A stretch of DNA of 63,872 nt, the filler included, from Deltaproteobacteria bacterium (GTDB taxonomy: Bacteria > JAUYMQ01): assembly GCA_030698575.1 (NCBI GenBank). It is 9 parts of 9 records of this genome, joined end to end, with 100 filler letters (N's around TTAATTAATTAA, not from the genome) between each part and the next. Parts side by side here need not be neighbours in the genome. Positions count along the whole stretch, not along the records: positions 4,272 to 11,766 come from JAUYMQ010000052.1; positions 11,867 to 25,506 come from JAUYMQ010000063.1; 7 more parts are not named here. One strand, written 5' to 3'. The position numbers and the translations under genes are program-made. The first letter of the stretch is position 1. Each line of letters begins with the position of its first letter. Shown in pieces: positions 9,672-19,028 of this stretch. Below the pieces are notes generated by a model. The model was not told the origin of the DNA. It did not search any database and saw nothing but the letters and a program-made list of their open reading frames with translations.

Positions 9672-10553
9672 TCAGTCCGCCAGGAACTCGCTGACGTACT
9701 CGAGGAACAAATCGAGCTGATCGTGGTGCACCCAGTGTCCCGCGTCGTCGACGTTGACCACGCGCGCGTTCCGGAACGCCTGGACCCTGCCGTCGGCTTC
9801 GGGATCGCTCGCCCAGCTCTCCTTGCCGCGGAACAAAAGGGTGGGACATGCGATGCGTCCCCAGAGTTCGTTCGCCTCCTCGACATTGAAGTGATCCGAC
9901 GAGAAGACCCGCACGTAGTTGTCGAACTTCCAGGAATAGGTGCCGTCCTCGTTCTGCGTGGTTCCGTGTCGGGTGAGATGGCGCGCCTGCTCGGGCGTCA
10001 GGTGCGGGTTGGCGTCCTGCATCCGCGCGCAGGCCTCGTCGAGATTCTTGTAGCGGCGCGGCAGCCTTCCCGCGAGGTCGCGCACGGTGTCAATCCAGCC
10101 GCCGATTCGCTCCTGCGGCGATCTCTTCACCCGCTCGGCGACCATCTTGGGCGACGGCCCGAGCCCCTCGATAGCCACCAGCCGGTGCACGTTCTCGGGG
10201 TAGAGGCCGGAGTAACGGAGCGCGATGGCGCCCCCGAGCGAGTGGCTCACGATGCGCACCGGAAAGAGCTGCTTCTGGTGCAGGAGCTGGGCGATGTCGT
10301 AGACGTAGTCGTCCATGCGATAGGTGCTGCCGATGACCCACTGCGAGTCACCGTGGCCGCGGAGATCGGGGGCGATGATGTGATACTCGTCGCGGAGCGC
10401 CTGGGCGACCCAGTCCCAGTTGCGACAGTGATCCTGCCCCCCGTGAACGAGCAGGAGCGGGGGCGCGCCCTCGTTCCCCCAGTCGACGTAGTGGAGCCGG
10501 AGGCGCTGCGAGTAATAGACGTGAGAAGTGGGTCCCGCGATGGGCGTCGGCAT
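9672..10553 (-). CDS. Alpha/beta fold hydrolase
   Basis: LLVHGG, APDLRGHGDS, SHSLGG nucleophile elbow, AGHWVHHD. Confidence 0.9.
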   Translation of the reverse strand: MPTPIAGPTSHVYYSQRLRLHYVDWGNEGAPPLLLVHGGQDHCRNWDWVAQALRDEYHIIAPDLRGHGDSQWVIGSTYRMDDYVYDIAQLLHQKQLFPVRIVSHSLGGAIALRYSGLYPENVHRLVAIEGLGPSPKMVAERVKRSPQERIGGWIDTVRDLAGRLPRRYKNLDEACARMQDANPHLTPEQARHLTRHGTTQNEDGTYSWKFDNYVRVFSSDHFNVEEANELWGRIACPTLLFRGKESWASDPEADGRVQAFRNARVVNVDDAGHWVHHDQLDLFLEYVSEFLAD

Positions 10554-10830
10554 GCGCCTATCCTAGCGAACTCCGTGCCGAATTGGGAATCCGCCCGGCG
10601 GCCGCCTGCGGGCCCCGCCAGAGGGCCGCATCCCGCCGGCGCCTGGAGGCATCTATAGAGCGGTATCCATATATACATATACGGGCCATGCAGGTGCGCG
10701 GACCGCGGGCGGCGGTTCGGCCCCGCTCGCAGCGGGCGGGGGCTGAACCGCCTTCAGATTCTGGGGTGGGGATTAAGGGGAGGGGTTTAGATGATGATAG
10801 GAATGGGTTTTCAATGATGGGAGGGGATTG

Positions 10831-11718
10831 ATGATGCTGATGATGAAGGGCGCGATCGGAAGCCTCGTAAGCGTGCCGGGCGTGTTGCTACTCGTTCTGA
10901 TGTCGATTGGCTGCGGGTTCTCGGACATCCGAACGGAGCGCGTGAAGGCGGGCCTCACGCAGGAAGACGCCTCCCGCGGGCGGGCCATCCTGGAGGCCGC
11001 AATGGAGAAGAGCGGTGGCATCGCCGCCTGGAAGGCGCACCGAACCGCCGAGGCGACGATGAGGGACGACTGGCCGAGCATGTTCATGCGGCCGTTCTTC
11101 ATGCCCTGGCCCGAGAACAAGGCGCCGATCCGGTTCCAGTTCCTCCTCGGGACGAACGCCTCACGTCTCGAATTCCTGGAGGGTTCCCGCCAGGGCGAGA
11201 TCTGGGGAATCCAGAACTGGTCCACCTACGAACAACGGGCTGGAGAGCCGAGCCGGTTCGAGAAAAACGCCGACGCGCAATTCTTCCTTCCCACCTTCCA
11301 GTGGTTCTTTGAAGCGCCCTTCCGGCTCCCCTATGCCGACATCGTCACCTATGCCGGCGAGGGGAGCGCCGCCGGGCGCGTCTATGATCTCGTCTTCGCG
11401 ACCTGGAACAAGCCCGAACCGCAGGAGAAGATCGACCAGTACCTCGTGTGGGTGAACCAGGAAACGGGCCTCATCGACTTCCTTCAATACACCGTGCGCG
11501 ACATGATGAGATTCGCCCGCGGCACCATGCAGTTCACGGATTACCGGGACGTGCAGGGGATCAAAGTCGCCTTCAATCAGACGGTCGTGCTGGAGGATGA
11601 GCCGGACGGTACGCGCATTCTGCACCAGGTCATTCTGAGCGACGTGAACTTCGGCGTGGACATTCCCCGGGGGGCCTTCTATCCCGACCCCGCGGTTCGC
11701 GCGGCCAAGCACAACTAA
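10831..11718 (+). CDS. Hypothetical exported lipoprotein
   Basis: About 295-aa ORF with GC3-rich codon usage; hydrophobic N-terminus ending MSIGC (lipobox-like); start uncertain among several ATGs. Confidence 0.65.
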   Translation: MMLMMKGAIGSLVSVPGVLLLVLMSIGCGFSDIRTERVKAGLTQEDASRGRAILEAAMEKSGGIAAWKAHRTAEATMRDDWPSMFMRPFFMPWPENKAPIRFQFLLGTNASRLEFLEGSRQGEIWGIQNWSTYEQRAGEPSRFEKNADAQFFLPTFQWFFEAPFRLPYADIVTYAGEGSAAGRVYDLVFATWNKPEPQEKIDQYLVWVNQETGLIDFLQYTVRDMMRFARGTMQFTDYRDVQGIKVAFNQTVVLEDEPDGTRILHQVILSDVNFGVDIPRGAFYPDPAVRAAKHN

Positions 11719-11766
11719 ACGCTGTTTTCCCGTTCGAGACGTAGCAACGCTTCTTTAGTTGCGAGG

Positions 11767-11866
11767 NNNNNNNNNNNNNNNNNNNNNNNNNNNNNNNNNN
11801 NNNNNNNNNNTTAATTAATTAANNNNNNNNNNNNNNNNNNNNNNNNNNNNNNNNNNNNNNNNNNNN
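11767..11866. other. Artificial contig spacer
   Basis: N-run with TTAATTAATTAA. Confidence 0.99.
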
Positions 11867-12500
11867 CCTCGATCTCCGGCCGAAATTCACGCTCGTTGAT
11901 GTTACGAAGAACATCCAGCGGCTCGACACGAGGTTCCTCGAGGATAGCCTGGCCCGCCATTCCAGCGGTGTGGCCGTGCTGGCCCACCCCGAGGATGTGA
12001 TGGACACCCAGGCGATCAAGCCCGAGCAGATCCGACGGGTCCTGCGCCTGCTCCGCAGCATGTTCGATTTCGTCATCATCGACACATGCAACACCTTTGA
12101 CGAATCGACGATCGAAGCCTTCGAGTCCAGCGATCTCATCGTGCTCGTATCCACGGTCGATCTTCCGGCCATCCGGAACGCGCGCCGGTGCCTGAACATG
12201 TTCCGGCGATTCGGCTACGGGAACGACAAGGTGAAACTGGTGTTCAACCGGGAGGCGAAGAGCAACGAGATCACGCTGAAGCAGGCGGAGAAGGTTTTGA
12301 ACTACCCGATCTTCTGGAAACTTCCGAACGACTACCCGACGACCATCGCCTCGGTAAACGAGGGCGAGCTGATCAACAAGGTGGCGCCGCGGTCGGATTT
12401 GCATCGGAGCATGCTCGGTCTCACCGCTGAACTGACCGGGCTGGACGTGGCAAGGAAAGCACCGAGGGGCGTCTTCGGCAAGTTGCTGGGGCGGGGTTAG
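11867..12500 (+). CDS. cpaE: CpaE/TadZ-like pilus assembly ATPase (MinD-like), 5'-truncated
   Basis: FDFVIIDT, DLPAIRNA, LVFNR, LPNDY..SVNEG; lies upstream of cpaF. Confidence 0.8.
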
Positions 12501-12568
12501 ATCTTCCGGATCTGATCCCCCGCGCATGACCGTGGGGTCGAAGGCTCGCAGGGGGCAGGAGAGTCGCA

Positions 12569-13915
12569 ATGGCATTCTTTGGAACGAAGAAAAAGGAATC
12601 CGAGGGCAAGGCGCCCCCGACGAGGAGCCACCTTGAGAGCAAGATGGCCGCGGTCCCGGGGCACGGCGACTTTTACCAGTCGCTGAAAACCCGGATTCAC
12701 ACGAAACTCATCGAGAAGCTCGATCTCTCCAAGATCGAGACGATGGATCGCGATCGCGTCAAGGAAGAGATTGGCGTCATCGTCGAGGATCTTCTTGATG
12801 CCGAGGGAGTGCCGCTCAACCGGGTCGAGCGCGAGCAGATCGTGGTCGAGGTCCAGAACGAGACCTTCGGGCTGGGGCCGCTCGAGCCGCTGCTTCAGGA
12901 TCCGGAGATCTCCGACATTCTTGTCAATACCCACAAGGAGGTTTACGTCGAGCGCTTTGGCAAGCTCGAGATGACCCCCGTCGTCTTTCGTGACGATGCC
13001 CACCTGCTTAAAATCATTGATCGGATCGTATCGAGCGTCGGCCGGCGCGTGGACGAATTCTCGCCGATGGTGGACGCCCGTCTCGCCGACGGAAGCCGGG
13101 TGAACGCCATCATCCCGCCGCTTGCGATCGATGGGCCCATACTCTCGATCCGGCGGTTCGGCGTGAATCCGCTGAAGACCAACGATCTTCTTGCGCGGCA
13201 TTCGCTCACGCCACCGATGATGGACTTCCTGAGGGCGGCCGTGAAGGCGAAGATCAACATGGTCATCTCGGGCGGCACCGGATCGGGCAAGACGACGCTC
13301 CTCAACGTCCTCTCCGCGTTCATTCCCGCCGGAGAGCGCATCGTTACGATCGAGGACTCGGCAGAGCTCCAGCTCCAGCAGCCGCACGTGGTTCGCCTCG
13401 AGACCAGGCCCGCGAACATCGAACAGAAGGGGCTGATCGCCCAGCGTGACCTGGTCAGGAACAGCCTGCGGATGCGCCCCGACAGGATCATCGTTGGCGA
13501 GGTGCGCGGTGCCGAGGTCCTGGACATGCTCCAGGCCATGAACACGGGCCACGAGGGGTCTCTCACGACGATCCACGCCAACGACACGCGTGAATGCCTG
13601 ACGCGGCTCGAGTCGATGATGCTGATGTCGGGTGTGAACATTCCCGAGAAGGCCATGCGGGACATGATCGTGCAGGCCATCGATCTCATCGTCCAGGTGG
13701 CGCGGCTCTCCGACGGTACCCGTAAGGTCATCCGGATCACCGAGGTCGTGAGTATCGAGGGCGGCACGATCACCATGCAGGACATCTATACCTTCGAACG
13801 GAAGGGCATGGACGAGCAGGGAGCCATCACCGGTGAATTCAAGCCCACCGGAATCCGGCCGATGTGTGCGGAGAGGATCCTGGCTTCCGGCATCGAGCTG
13901 CCCGATCGTTTCTGA
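12569..13915 (+). CDS. cpaF: CpaF/TadA Flp pilus assembly ATPase
   Basis: [54 protein letters not shown]. Confidence 0.95.
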   Translation: MAFFGTKKKESEGKAPPTRSHLESKMAAVPGHGDFYQSLKTRIHTKLIEKLDLSKIETMDRDRVKEEIGVIVEDLLDAEGVPLNRVEREQIVVEVQNETFGLGPLEPLLQDPEISDILVNTHKEVYVERFGKLEMTPVVFRDDAHLLKIIDRIVSSVGRRVDEFSPMVDARLADGSRVNAIIPPLAIDGPILSIRRFGVNPLKTNDLLARHSLTPPMMDFLRAAVKAKINMVISGGTGSGKTTLLNVLSAFIPAGERIVTIEDSAELQLQQPHVVRLETRPANIEQKGLIAQRDLVRNSLRMRPDRIIVGEVRGAEVLDMLQAMNTGHEGSLTTIHANDTRECLTRLESMMLMSGVNIPEKAMRDMIVQAIDLIVQVARLSDGTRKVIRITEVVSIEGGTITMQDIYTFERKGMDEQGAITGEFKPTGIRPMCAERILASGIELPDRF

Positions 13916-13952
13916 TGCACCCGGAAACGCCTGGCGGTAAAGAAAGGACGAC

Positions 13953-14924
13953 GTGAGCGCTCCCGTCATCGTAGCGGTGCTCGTCGGCATCGCCTGCTTC
14001 ACGCTCATCCAGGGGCTTTTCTTCCTAGCCCGCGGGTCGAGCAGCGAGCGGCGTCGTCTCGTGCGGCGCCGGCTGGACGACGTGAAGGGCCGCACCAAGG
14101 AGGCCGGGGCCGGCGACTTGCTGCTGGACCGGCGGCTCGGCTCGAGCGATCGCGCCGACCGACTGCTACGTGCGATCCCCCAGGTCCTGGAGTTTCAGCA
14201 CCTGATCAATTCCGCCGGATTCCGGTACCGGGCGGGAAACATCCTCGGGCTGATCATCGTCACGAGCCTCGTGCTCGCCATGGTGGGTGTGCTCTTCGAG
14301 TGGGCCCCCATGACGATTGTCATTATCATGGTCCTTCCTCTCGTTGGCGCGGTCATGTTCTTCCGCGCCCGAGCGAGCGCGCGGCAGGAAAAGATTCTCG
14401 AGCAGCTTCCCGACGCGCTGGATCTGATCGCGCGGTCGGTGCGCGCGGGCTACGCCTTCGCCGGCGGCTTCCAGATGGTGGCAGACGAGATGCCGGATCC
14501 GCTCGCCAGCGAATTCAAGCGTGCGCTCGAGGAGCGAAATTTCGGCGCGGGGCTCCGGGAGGTCATGGAGAACCTCTCCGAGCGCATCGACCTGATGGAA
14601 TCTCGCCTTTTCTCCACGGCCGTCCTGGTTCAAGCCGAGTCGGGCGGAAACCTGGCGGAGGTTCTCGACAACCTCGCGATGATGATTCGCGAGCGGTTCC
14701 GCCTGAGGGGGAAGGTCAGGACGCTCTCGGCGGAAGGCCGTTTGTCGGCGGTTTTCCTGATCGCACTGCCGTGCCTGCTGCTCATCTGGCTCTGGTGGGC
14801 GAACCCTGATTACCTCAGGCCGATCTTCGAATGGCAGTACGGCGCGGCCTTCATCGGCGGGGTCGTGTTCTGGGTGCTCGTGGGCATCCTCTGGATCTGG
14901 CGGATCATTCAGATAAAATTCTGA
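13953..14924 (+). CDS. tadB: TadB type II secretion F-family membrane protein
   Basis: QLPDALDL..RS.RAG, ESGGNLAEVL..L...IRER..LR.KVRTLSAEGRLS. Confidence 0.9.
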   Translation: MSAPVIVAVLVGIACFTLIQGLFFLARGSSSERRRLVRRRLDDVKGRTKEAGAGDLLLDRRLGSSDRADRLLRAIPQVLEFQHLINSAGFRYRAGNILGLIIVTSLVLAMVGVLFEWAPMTIVIIMVLPLVGAVMFFRARASARQEKILEQLPDALDLIARSVRAGYAFAGGFQMVADEMPDPLASEFKRALEERNFGAGLREVMENLSERIDLMESRLFSTAVLVQAESGGNLAEVLDNLAMMIRERFRLRGKVRTLSAEGRLSAVFLIALPCLLLIWLWWANPDYLRPIFEWQYGAAFIGGVVFWVLVGILWIWRIIQIKF

Positions 14925-15003
14925 TCCGGCAGCTAATACTTTGATCCATCAGGTGACGTTCTGATCGGGTGACTCGCAAGGAAGGCTCACGAGGAAAGCA
15001 ACG

Positions 15004-15963
15004 ATGACCGACTCGCCGCAGATACTGTTCTACCTTTCCCTGGGATTCTCCTTTCTGGCGGTGGTGGTTCTGGCAGCCGGGCTGGGCGCCTACTTCGCGG
15101 GCCGCTTTAGCCGGGTCTCCCGCCGTCTCGTTGAGGCCGGAGGCGGGCGAGCGGGAGGGCCCGACGAGTCATCCTGGTGGAGGTCCGGCGGGGAGACCTT
15201 CATTCACCGCCTTTCCAACTGGAACGATCCGAAGGACGAGTTGGAGAAGTCCCGCATGCGCCGCCGCCTTTCGAGGGCGGGGCACCGCGGCTCCTCGGCC
15301 CTCCGGACTTTCCTGGGGCTCAAGGCGGCGCTGTTCCTGGGGGGCGCCGGCGCCGGTTTTGTCCTGAGCAGCTCTTTGTCCGAGATCTCCACCGCCACCA
15401 TGGCTTTGCTCATCGTCGGATTTGCAACGGCAGGTTTTTACCTTCCGGATATCGTGGTTACCCTGCAGGGGACCCAGAGGCGGGAGCACATCTACCGTGT
15501 GCTCCCCGATATGGTCGATCTCCTCGTCATCTGCATGGAATCCGGTATGGCGCTCTCCGCCGCCCTCAAGAAGGTGAGCGAAGAGATGTCCATGGCAAGC
15601 CGCCCGATGTTCGAGGAGCTGAAGATCGTGCTCTTCGAGCTCGAAACGGGCCTTGCCCGCGCCGATGCGCTCAAGAACCTCGCCAGCAGGACGGGGCTCG
15701 AGGAGATCCAGTCGCTGGCGGGGATGCTCATCCAGGCGGACAAGTTCGGCACCTCCATCGCCCGTTCGCTTCGTGTCTTCGCGCAGTCCATGCGGGCCAA
15801 CCGCACCCAGCGCGCGGAGGAGCAGGCGGCGAAGGTGGGTGTGAAGCTCACGCTGCCGCTTATCCTGTGCATCTTCCCCACGCTGCTATTCGTCATCCTG
15901 TCGCCTGCCTGCCTCCGACTCTACCAGGCCCTGGTGGGGCCGAGCGGCGTTCTCGGCGGTTGA
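15004..15963 (+). CDS. tadC: TadC type II secretion F-family membrane protein
   Basis: LPDMVDLL.IC.ESG, IQADKFGTSI..SLR, AEE.AAK..VKL..PL. Confidence 0.9.
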   Translation: MTDSPQILFYLSLGFSFLAVVVLAAGLGAYFAGRFSRVSRRLVEAGGGRAGGPDESSWWRSGGETFIHRLSNWNDPKDELEKSRMRRRLSRAGHRGSSALRTFLGLKAALFLGGAGAGFVLSSSLSEISTATMALLIVGFATAGFYLPDIVVTLQGTQRREHIYRVLPDMVDLLVICMESGMALSAALKKVSEEMSMASRPMFEELKIVLFELETGLARADALKNLASRTGLEEIQSLAGMLIQADKFGTSIARSLRVFAQSMRANRTQRAEEQAAKVGVKLTLPLILCIFPTLLFVILSPACLRLYQALVGPSGVLGG

Positions 15964-16097
15964 AAAGCGCGGGTCTCTCTTCTATTCTCCTTCCGTCCCT
16001 CCTGCAGGTCTCCTCCCCAACAGGGGTCCTTACAATGCGCGTACGTCGTTCAGGCGCCCTGACGCTCCTCGCGGGCCGTCGCCGGCACTCTCCTTTC

Positions 16098-17726
16098 ATG
16101 CACATCGGAACCGCGCCGCGCCCGCGGCAGGAACCGGGCGGGCCTTCCTGGAGGTGTCTGTGCGCGCTCCTGCTCCTGTCGCTGGCGCTGACAGCCGGAT
16201 GCAAGAGCATGCCTTCCTGGCTCGGGGGGGGGAGCGACGACATGCGGGACTACCGCCTTCAAGTCGGGGGGCGGGAGCCGGACGACAACAAGATCAGGGA
16301 CTTCGAGAAGAGGCTCGAGGGGAAGGAATGGAAGGGGACGAAGGCCAAGCGAACAGGCTGGCGCCAGCACCAGTCGGGCAACCTCGACGAGGCGATCAAC
16401 CTTTATCGCGAGGCGCTCGCGGCGAACGAGAAAGACGTCGAGGCCATGACCTACCTCGGACGCGCGTACCGCGACCAGGGGAGCCTCTACAAGTCGACCA
16501 CCATCCTGGTCCGCGCGATCAAGACCGATCCGGACTACGCGGAGGCGCACTCCCAGCTCGGAATCACCTTCGACATGCAGGGCAACTACGCACAGGCCGA
16601 GCAGGAGCATCGCCGGTCTGTGGAGCTCGACGGGGAGAAGAGCGAATACCTGAACAACCTCGGGTTCTGCTACTTCCTCCAGGGGCGTACCAACGATGCG
16701 GTGGCCGAGCTGAGAAAGGCCATCAACGTCAACCCCGACGACAAGAAGGCGCATAACAACCTCGCCTACATCTACGCCGCCCAGGGGAGATTCGATCAGG
16801 CTTTTGCGGAGCTGCGCCGGGCGGGCACCGAGGCCGAGGCCTACAACAATCTCGGCTATCTCTATTTCCTGAAGGGCGACCGCGAGCAGGCTATCGAGAA
16901 CTACAATCGCGCCCTTCAGCTCAACTACTCCCTGAAGGCCGCGCAGGACAACATGAAGGCCGCGACCTCCTACGGCGAGACGCCGCCCCCCGCGCCGGGG
17001 TTCGACACATCGGGGCCTTCACCCGTGCGCGTGGAGCCCCCGCTGGAAGGCGGGGGAGACCTCTACGGCCTGACTGACGCGCATGGGGGGGCGGTCCGTC
17101 TGTTCGAGGAACCCGGTCGGGGAGCCCTGATTGCGATCGAGCCGGATTCCGGGCCCCCGGTCCGGGAACCCGGCGCCCTCGACGCGGCCGGCGCGGCGCT
17201 GACCAATCCTGCGCAGGGCCCGCCGCCGGCGGCGCGCTCCCTTGTTGAAGAGCTGCCGGCCCCCGTCGCGAGCCCTGTGCCTGCAATTGCCGCCCCTGAC
17301 AGTTCGCCACCCGCCCCGGCGGCCGCGAGCGCAACCGCGGCGTCATTGGCCGGGGAAGATGCGTCTCCTCCGGAGCCGACCGTTGCGGAGGATGCAGCGG
17401 CAACCCCGGAGCCGGCCGCTGAGGCGGCGCCACGGGCGCTGTCCTACACCGAAGGTATCGCGGGGTCGGCGGCGGGGTCCACCGGAGCAGAAGAGAAGCC
17501 CGTGGCGCCCGCTGACAACAAGGGCGTGGAATCCGCGATCCCTGCGGCCGAAGCTCCGGCGGAGGTGCCGATGGCTCAGGTCGACGCGCCAGATGTAACT
17601 ACAGCTGCGCCTGGCCTGGAGGGCGCCGGCGACCACGCCGAAGGCGAAGCGAAGGACGACAGGGCGGACGAAACGGCCGCTGAACAAGACGGATTGCCGG
17701 CAGGACGGCCTTCCGCGGGGCCGTGA
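16098..17726 (+). CDS. TadD-like TPR lipoprotein with long Pro/Ala/Glu-rich C-terminal tail
   Basis: LTAGC lipobox; multiple TPRs (YLNNLG, AHNNLA, AYNNLG); follows tadC; start could be 16035. Confidence 0.75.
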   Translation: MHIGTAPRPRQEPGGPSWRCLCALLLLSLALTAGCKSMPSWLGGGSDDMRDYRLQVGGREPDDNKIRDFEKRLEGKEWKGTKAKRTGWRQHQSGNLDEAINLYREALAANEKDVEAMTYLGRAYRDQGSLYKSTTILVRAIKTDPDYAEAHSQLGITFDMQGNYAQAEQEHRRSVELDGEKSEYLNNLGFCYFLQGRTNDAVAELRKAINVNPDDKKAHNNLAYIYAAQGRFDQAFAELRRAGTEAEAYNNLGYLYFLKGDREQAIENYNRALQLNYSLKAAQDNMKAATSYGETPPPAPGFDTSGPSPVRVEPPLEGGGDLYGLTDAHGGAVRLFEEPGRGALIAIEPDSGPPVREPGALDAAGAALTNPAQGPPPAARSLVEELPAPVASPVPAIAAPDSSPPAPAAASATAASLAGEDASPPEPTVAEDAAATPEPAAEAAPRALSYTEGIAGSAAGSTGAEEKPVAPADNKGVESAIPAAEAPAEVPMAQVDAPDVTTAAPGLEGAGDHAEGEAKDDRADETAAEQDGLPAGRPSAGP

Positions 17727-17733
17727 CCGCCCC

Positions 17734-17768
17734 GTGACAACCCCGTTACGGTGTGACGCTCTGATCAC
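17734..17768. promoter_or_regulatory. Candidate tandem enhancer (bEBP) sites
   Basis: GTGACAACCCCGTTAC (17734-17749) and GTGACGCTCTGATCAC (17753-17768): imperfect GTGA-N8-TCAC palindromes about 135-170 bp upstream of the sigma-54 site. Confidence 0.45.
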
Positions 17769-17837
17769 GGATCCTGGGGGCCTTCAGCGCGGGCGAGGGC
17801 AGGGCGAGCCTCTTCGGGATAAAGTCTTCAAAATCAT

Positions 17838-17850
17838 TAAACTATTGATA
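17838..17850 (-). promoter_or_regulatory. IHF binding site
   Basis: Minus strand TATCAATAGTTTA matches WATCAANNNNTTR exactly, inside an AT-rich patch. Confidence 0.65.
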
Positions 17851-17902
17851 TTGCACATCTTTTTCTTCAACCTTCCCCACATTCTGACGCGCAGCAGCAG
17901 AC

Positions 17903-17919
17903 TTGGCATGCCTCTTGCT
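17903..17919 (+). promoter_or_regulatory. Sigma-54 (-24/-12) promoter of lpxC
   Basis: TTGGCATGCCTCTTGCT matches TGGCAYG-N4-TTGCW, 38 nt before the lpxC ATG. Confidence 0.8.
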
Positions 17920-17957
17920 CATCTGCGTGGCACTAAGGCAACTTTCTGGGGGGGAGG

Positions 17958-18869
17958 ATGTCCTTTCAGCATACTCTAGCGACACCTGTCAGCTGCGCCG
18001 GGATCGGGCTTCACAGCGGGAAGTGCGTCACGCTCACGCTGCGCCCGGCACCGGCCGACGCTGGAATCGTCTTTGTCCGCTCGGATCTTGGCGGGGCGCG
18101 TGTCTCCGCGACCGCGAGGAACGTGGTGGATACCTCACTTGCAACCAAGCTCAGCCATCGTGGCGTCCGCGTTTCCACGGTCGAGCATATCCTCGCGGCC
18201 CTTCACGGCCTCGGCGTCGATAACGCCGTGGTTGAGCTGGACGCCGAGGAAGTCCCCATCATGGACGGCAGCGCGGCGCCTTTCGTGGTGCTCATCCGCG
18301 CGGCCGGCATCCGCGAGCAGCGCAAGGCGCGGCGCATCCTGGTCATCGCGCGGACGGTGCAGGTGAAGGATGGTGACAAGCTGGCCGAGTTGCGGCCCAG
18401 CGACCGGTTCCGCGTAAGCTACACAATCGACTTCGAACACCCTTCTATCTCCACCCAGTTCTTCGATTACCGCCATTCCGAATCAGCCTTCGAGCGAGAT
18501 CTCTCCCGGGCGCGGACCTTCGGGTTCCTGCACGAGGTGGAGGCACTCCAGGCCATGGGACTGGCGCAGGGTGGTTCTCTCGACAACGCCGTCGTTGTCG
18601 GCGCCGACGCCATTCTGAACGTCGAGGGGCTCCGGTTCAGCGACGAGTTCGTCCGCCACAAGGTGCTCGACGCGATCGGCGATCTGAGCCTTGCCGGGTT
18701 CCGTATCGCCGGGCATCTGCTGGCGAAAAAGGCGGGGCATTCGATGAACCAGGCGCTCCTCGCCGAGCTGTTCTCGAACAGGGACAATTACCGCATCGTG
18801 GAAGGGGCGTTCGAGGCCGAGCTTCCCGCGCCGCAGCCCCTCAGTGTTCTGGAGAACGCAGTGGCCTGA
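17958..18869 (+). CDS. lpxC: UDP-3-O-acyl-N-acetylglucosamine deacetylase
   Basis: GIGLHSG, TVEHILAAL, EVPIMDGSA, ARTFGF, HKVLDAIGDL, GHSMN. Confidence 0.97.
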   Translation: MSFQHTLATPVSCAGIGLHSGKCVTLTLRPAPADAGIVFVRSDLGGARVSATARNVVDTSLATKLSHRGVRVSTVEHILAALHGLGVDNAVVELDAEEVPIMDGSAAPFVVLIRAAGIREQRKARRILVIARTVQVKDGDKLAELRPSDRFRVSYTIDFEHPSISTQFFDYRHSESAFERDLSRARTFGFLHEVEALQAMGLAQGGSLDNAVVVGADAILNVEGLRFSDEFVRHKVLDAIGDLSLAGFRIAGHLLAKKAGHSMNQALLAELFSNRDNYRIVEGAFEAELPAPQPLSVLENAVA

Positions 18870-18906
18870 GCTTAGGCTTCAGTCCTTGTGAAAACCCGGG
18901 TGCCAG

Positions 18907-18936
18907 AAGGGCGCGATCTCGAGAGATCGCGCCCTT
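18907..18936 (+). terminator. Stem-loop after lpxC (probable terminator)
   Basis: AAGGGCGCGATCTC-GA-GAGATCGCGCCCTT perfect inverted repeat; weak U-tail. Confidence 0.6.
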
Positions 18937-19028
18937 GCTGTTTCAGCTCTCCTCGTCAATCCTGGCAATTCACCTCCCATGGCGCTAGAATCCGCCGCGG
19001 CGAAGGCCTGGAGGGCCGGCACTTGGAC

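Noticed and set aside
15177-16097. 849-aa ORF suggesting a larger TadD fusion
   Set aside because: It overlaps tadC out of frame; the lipoprotein signal begins near 16098.
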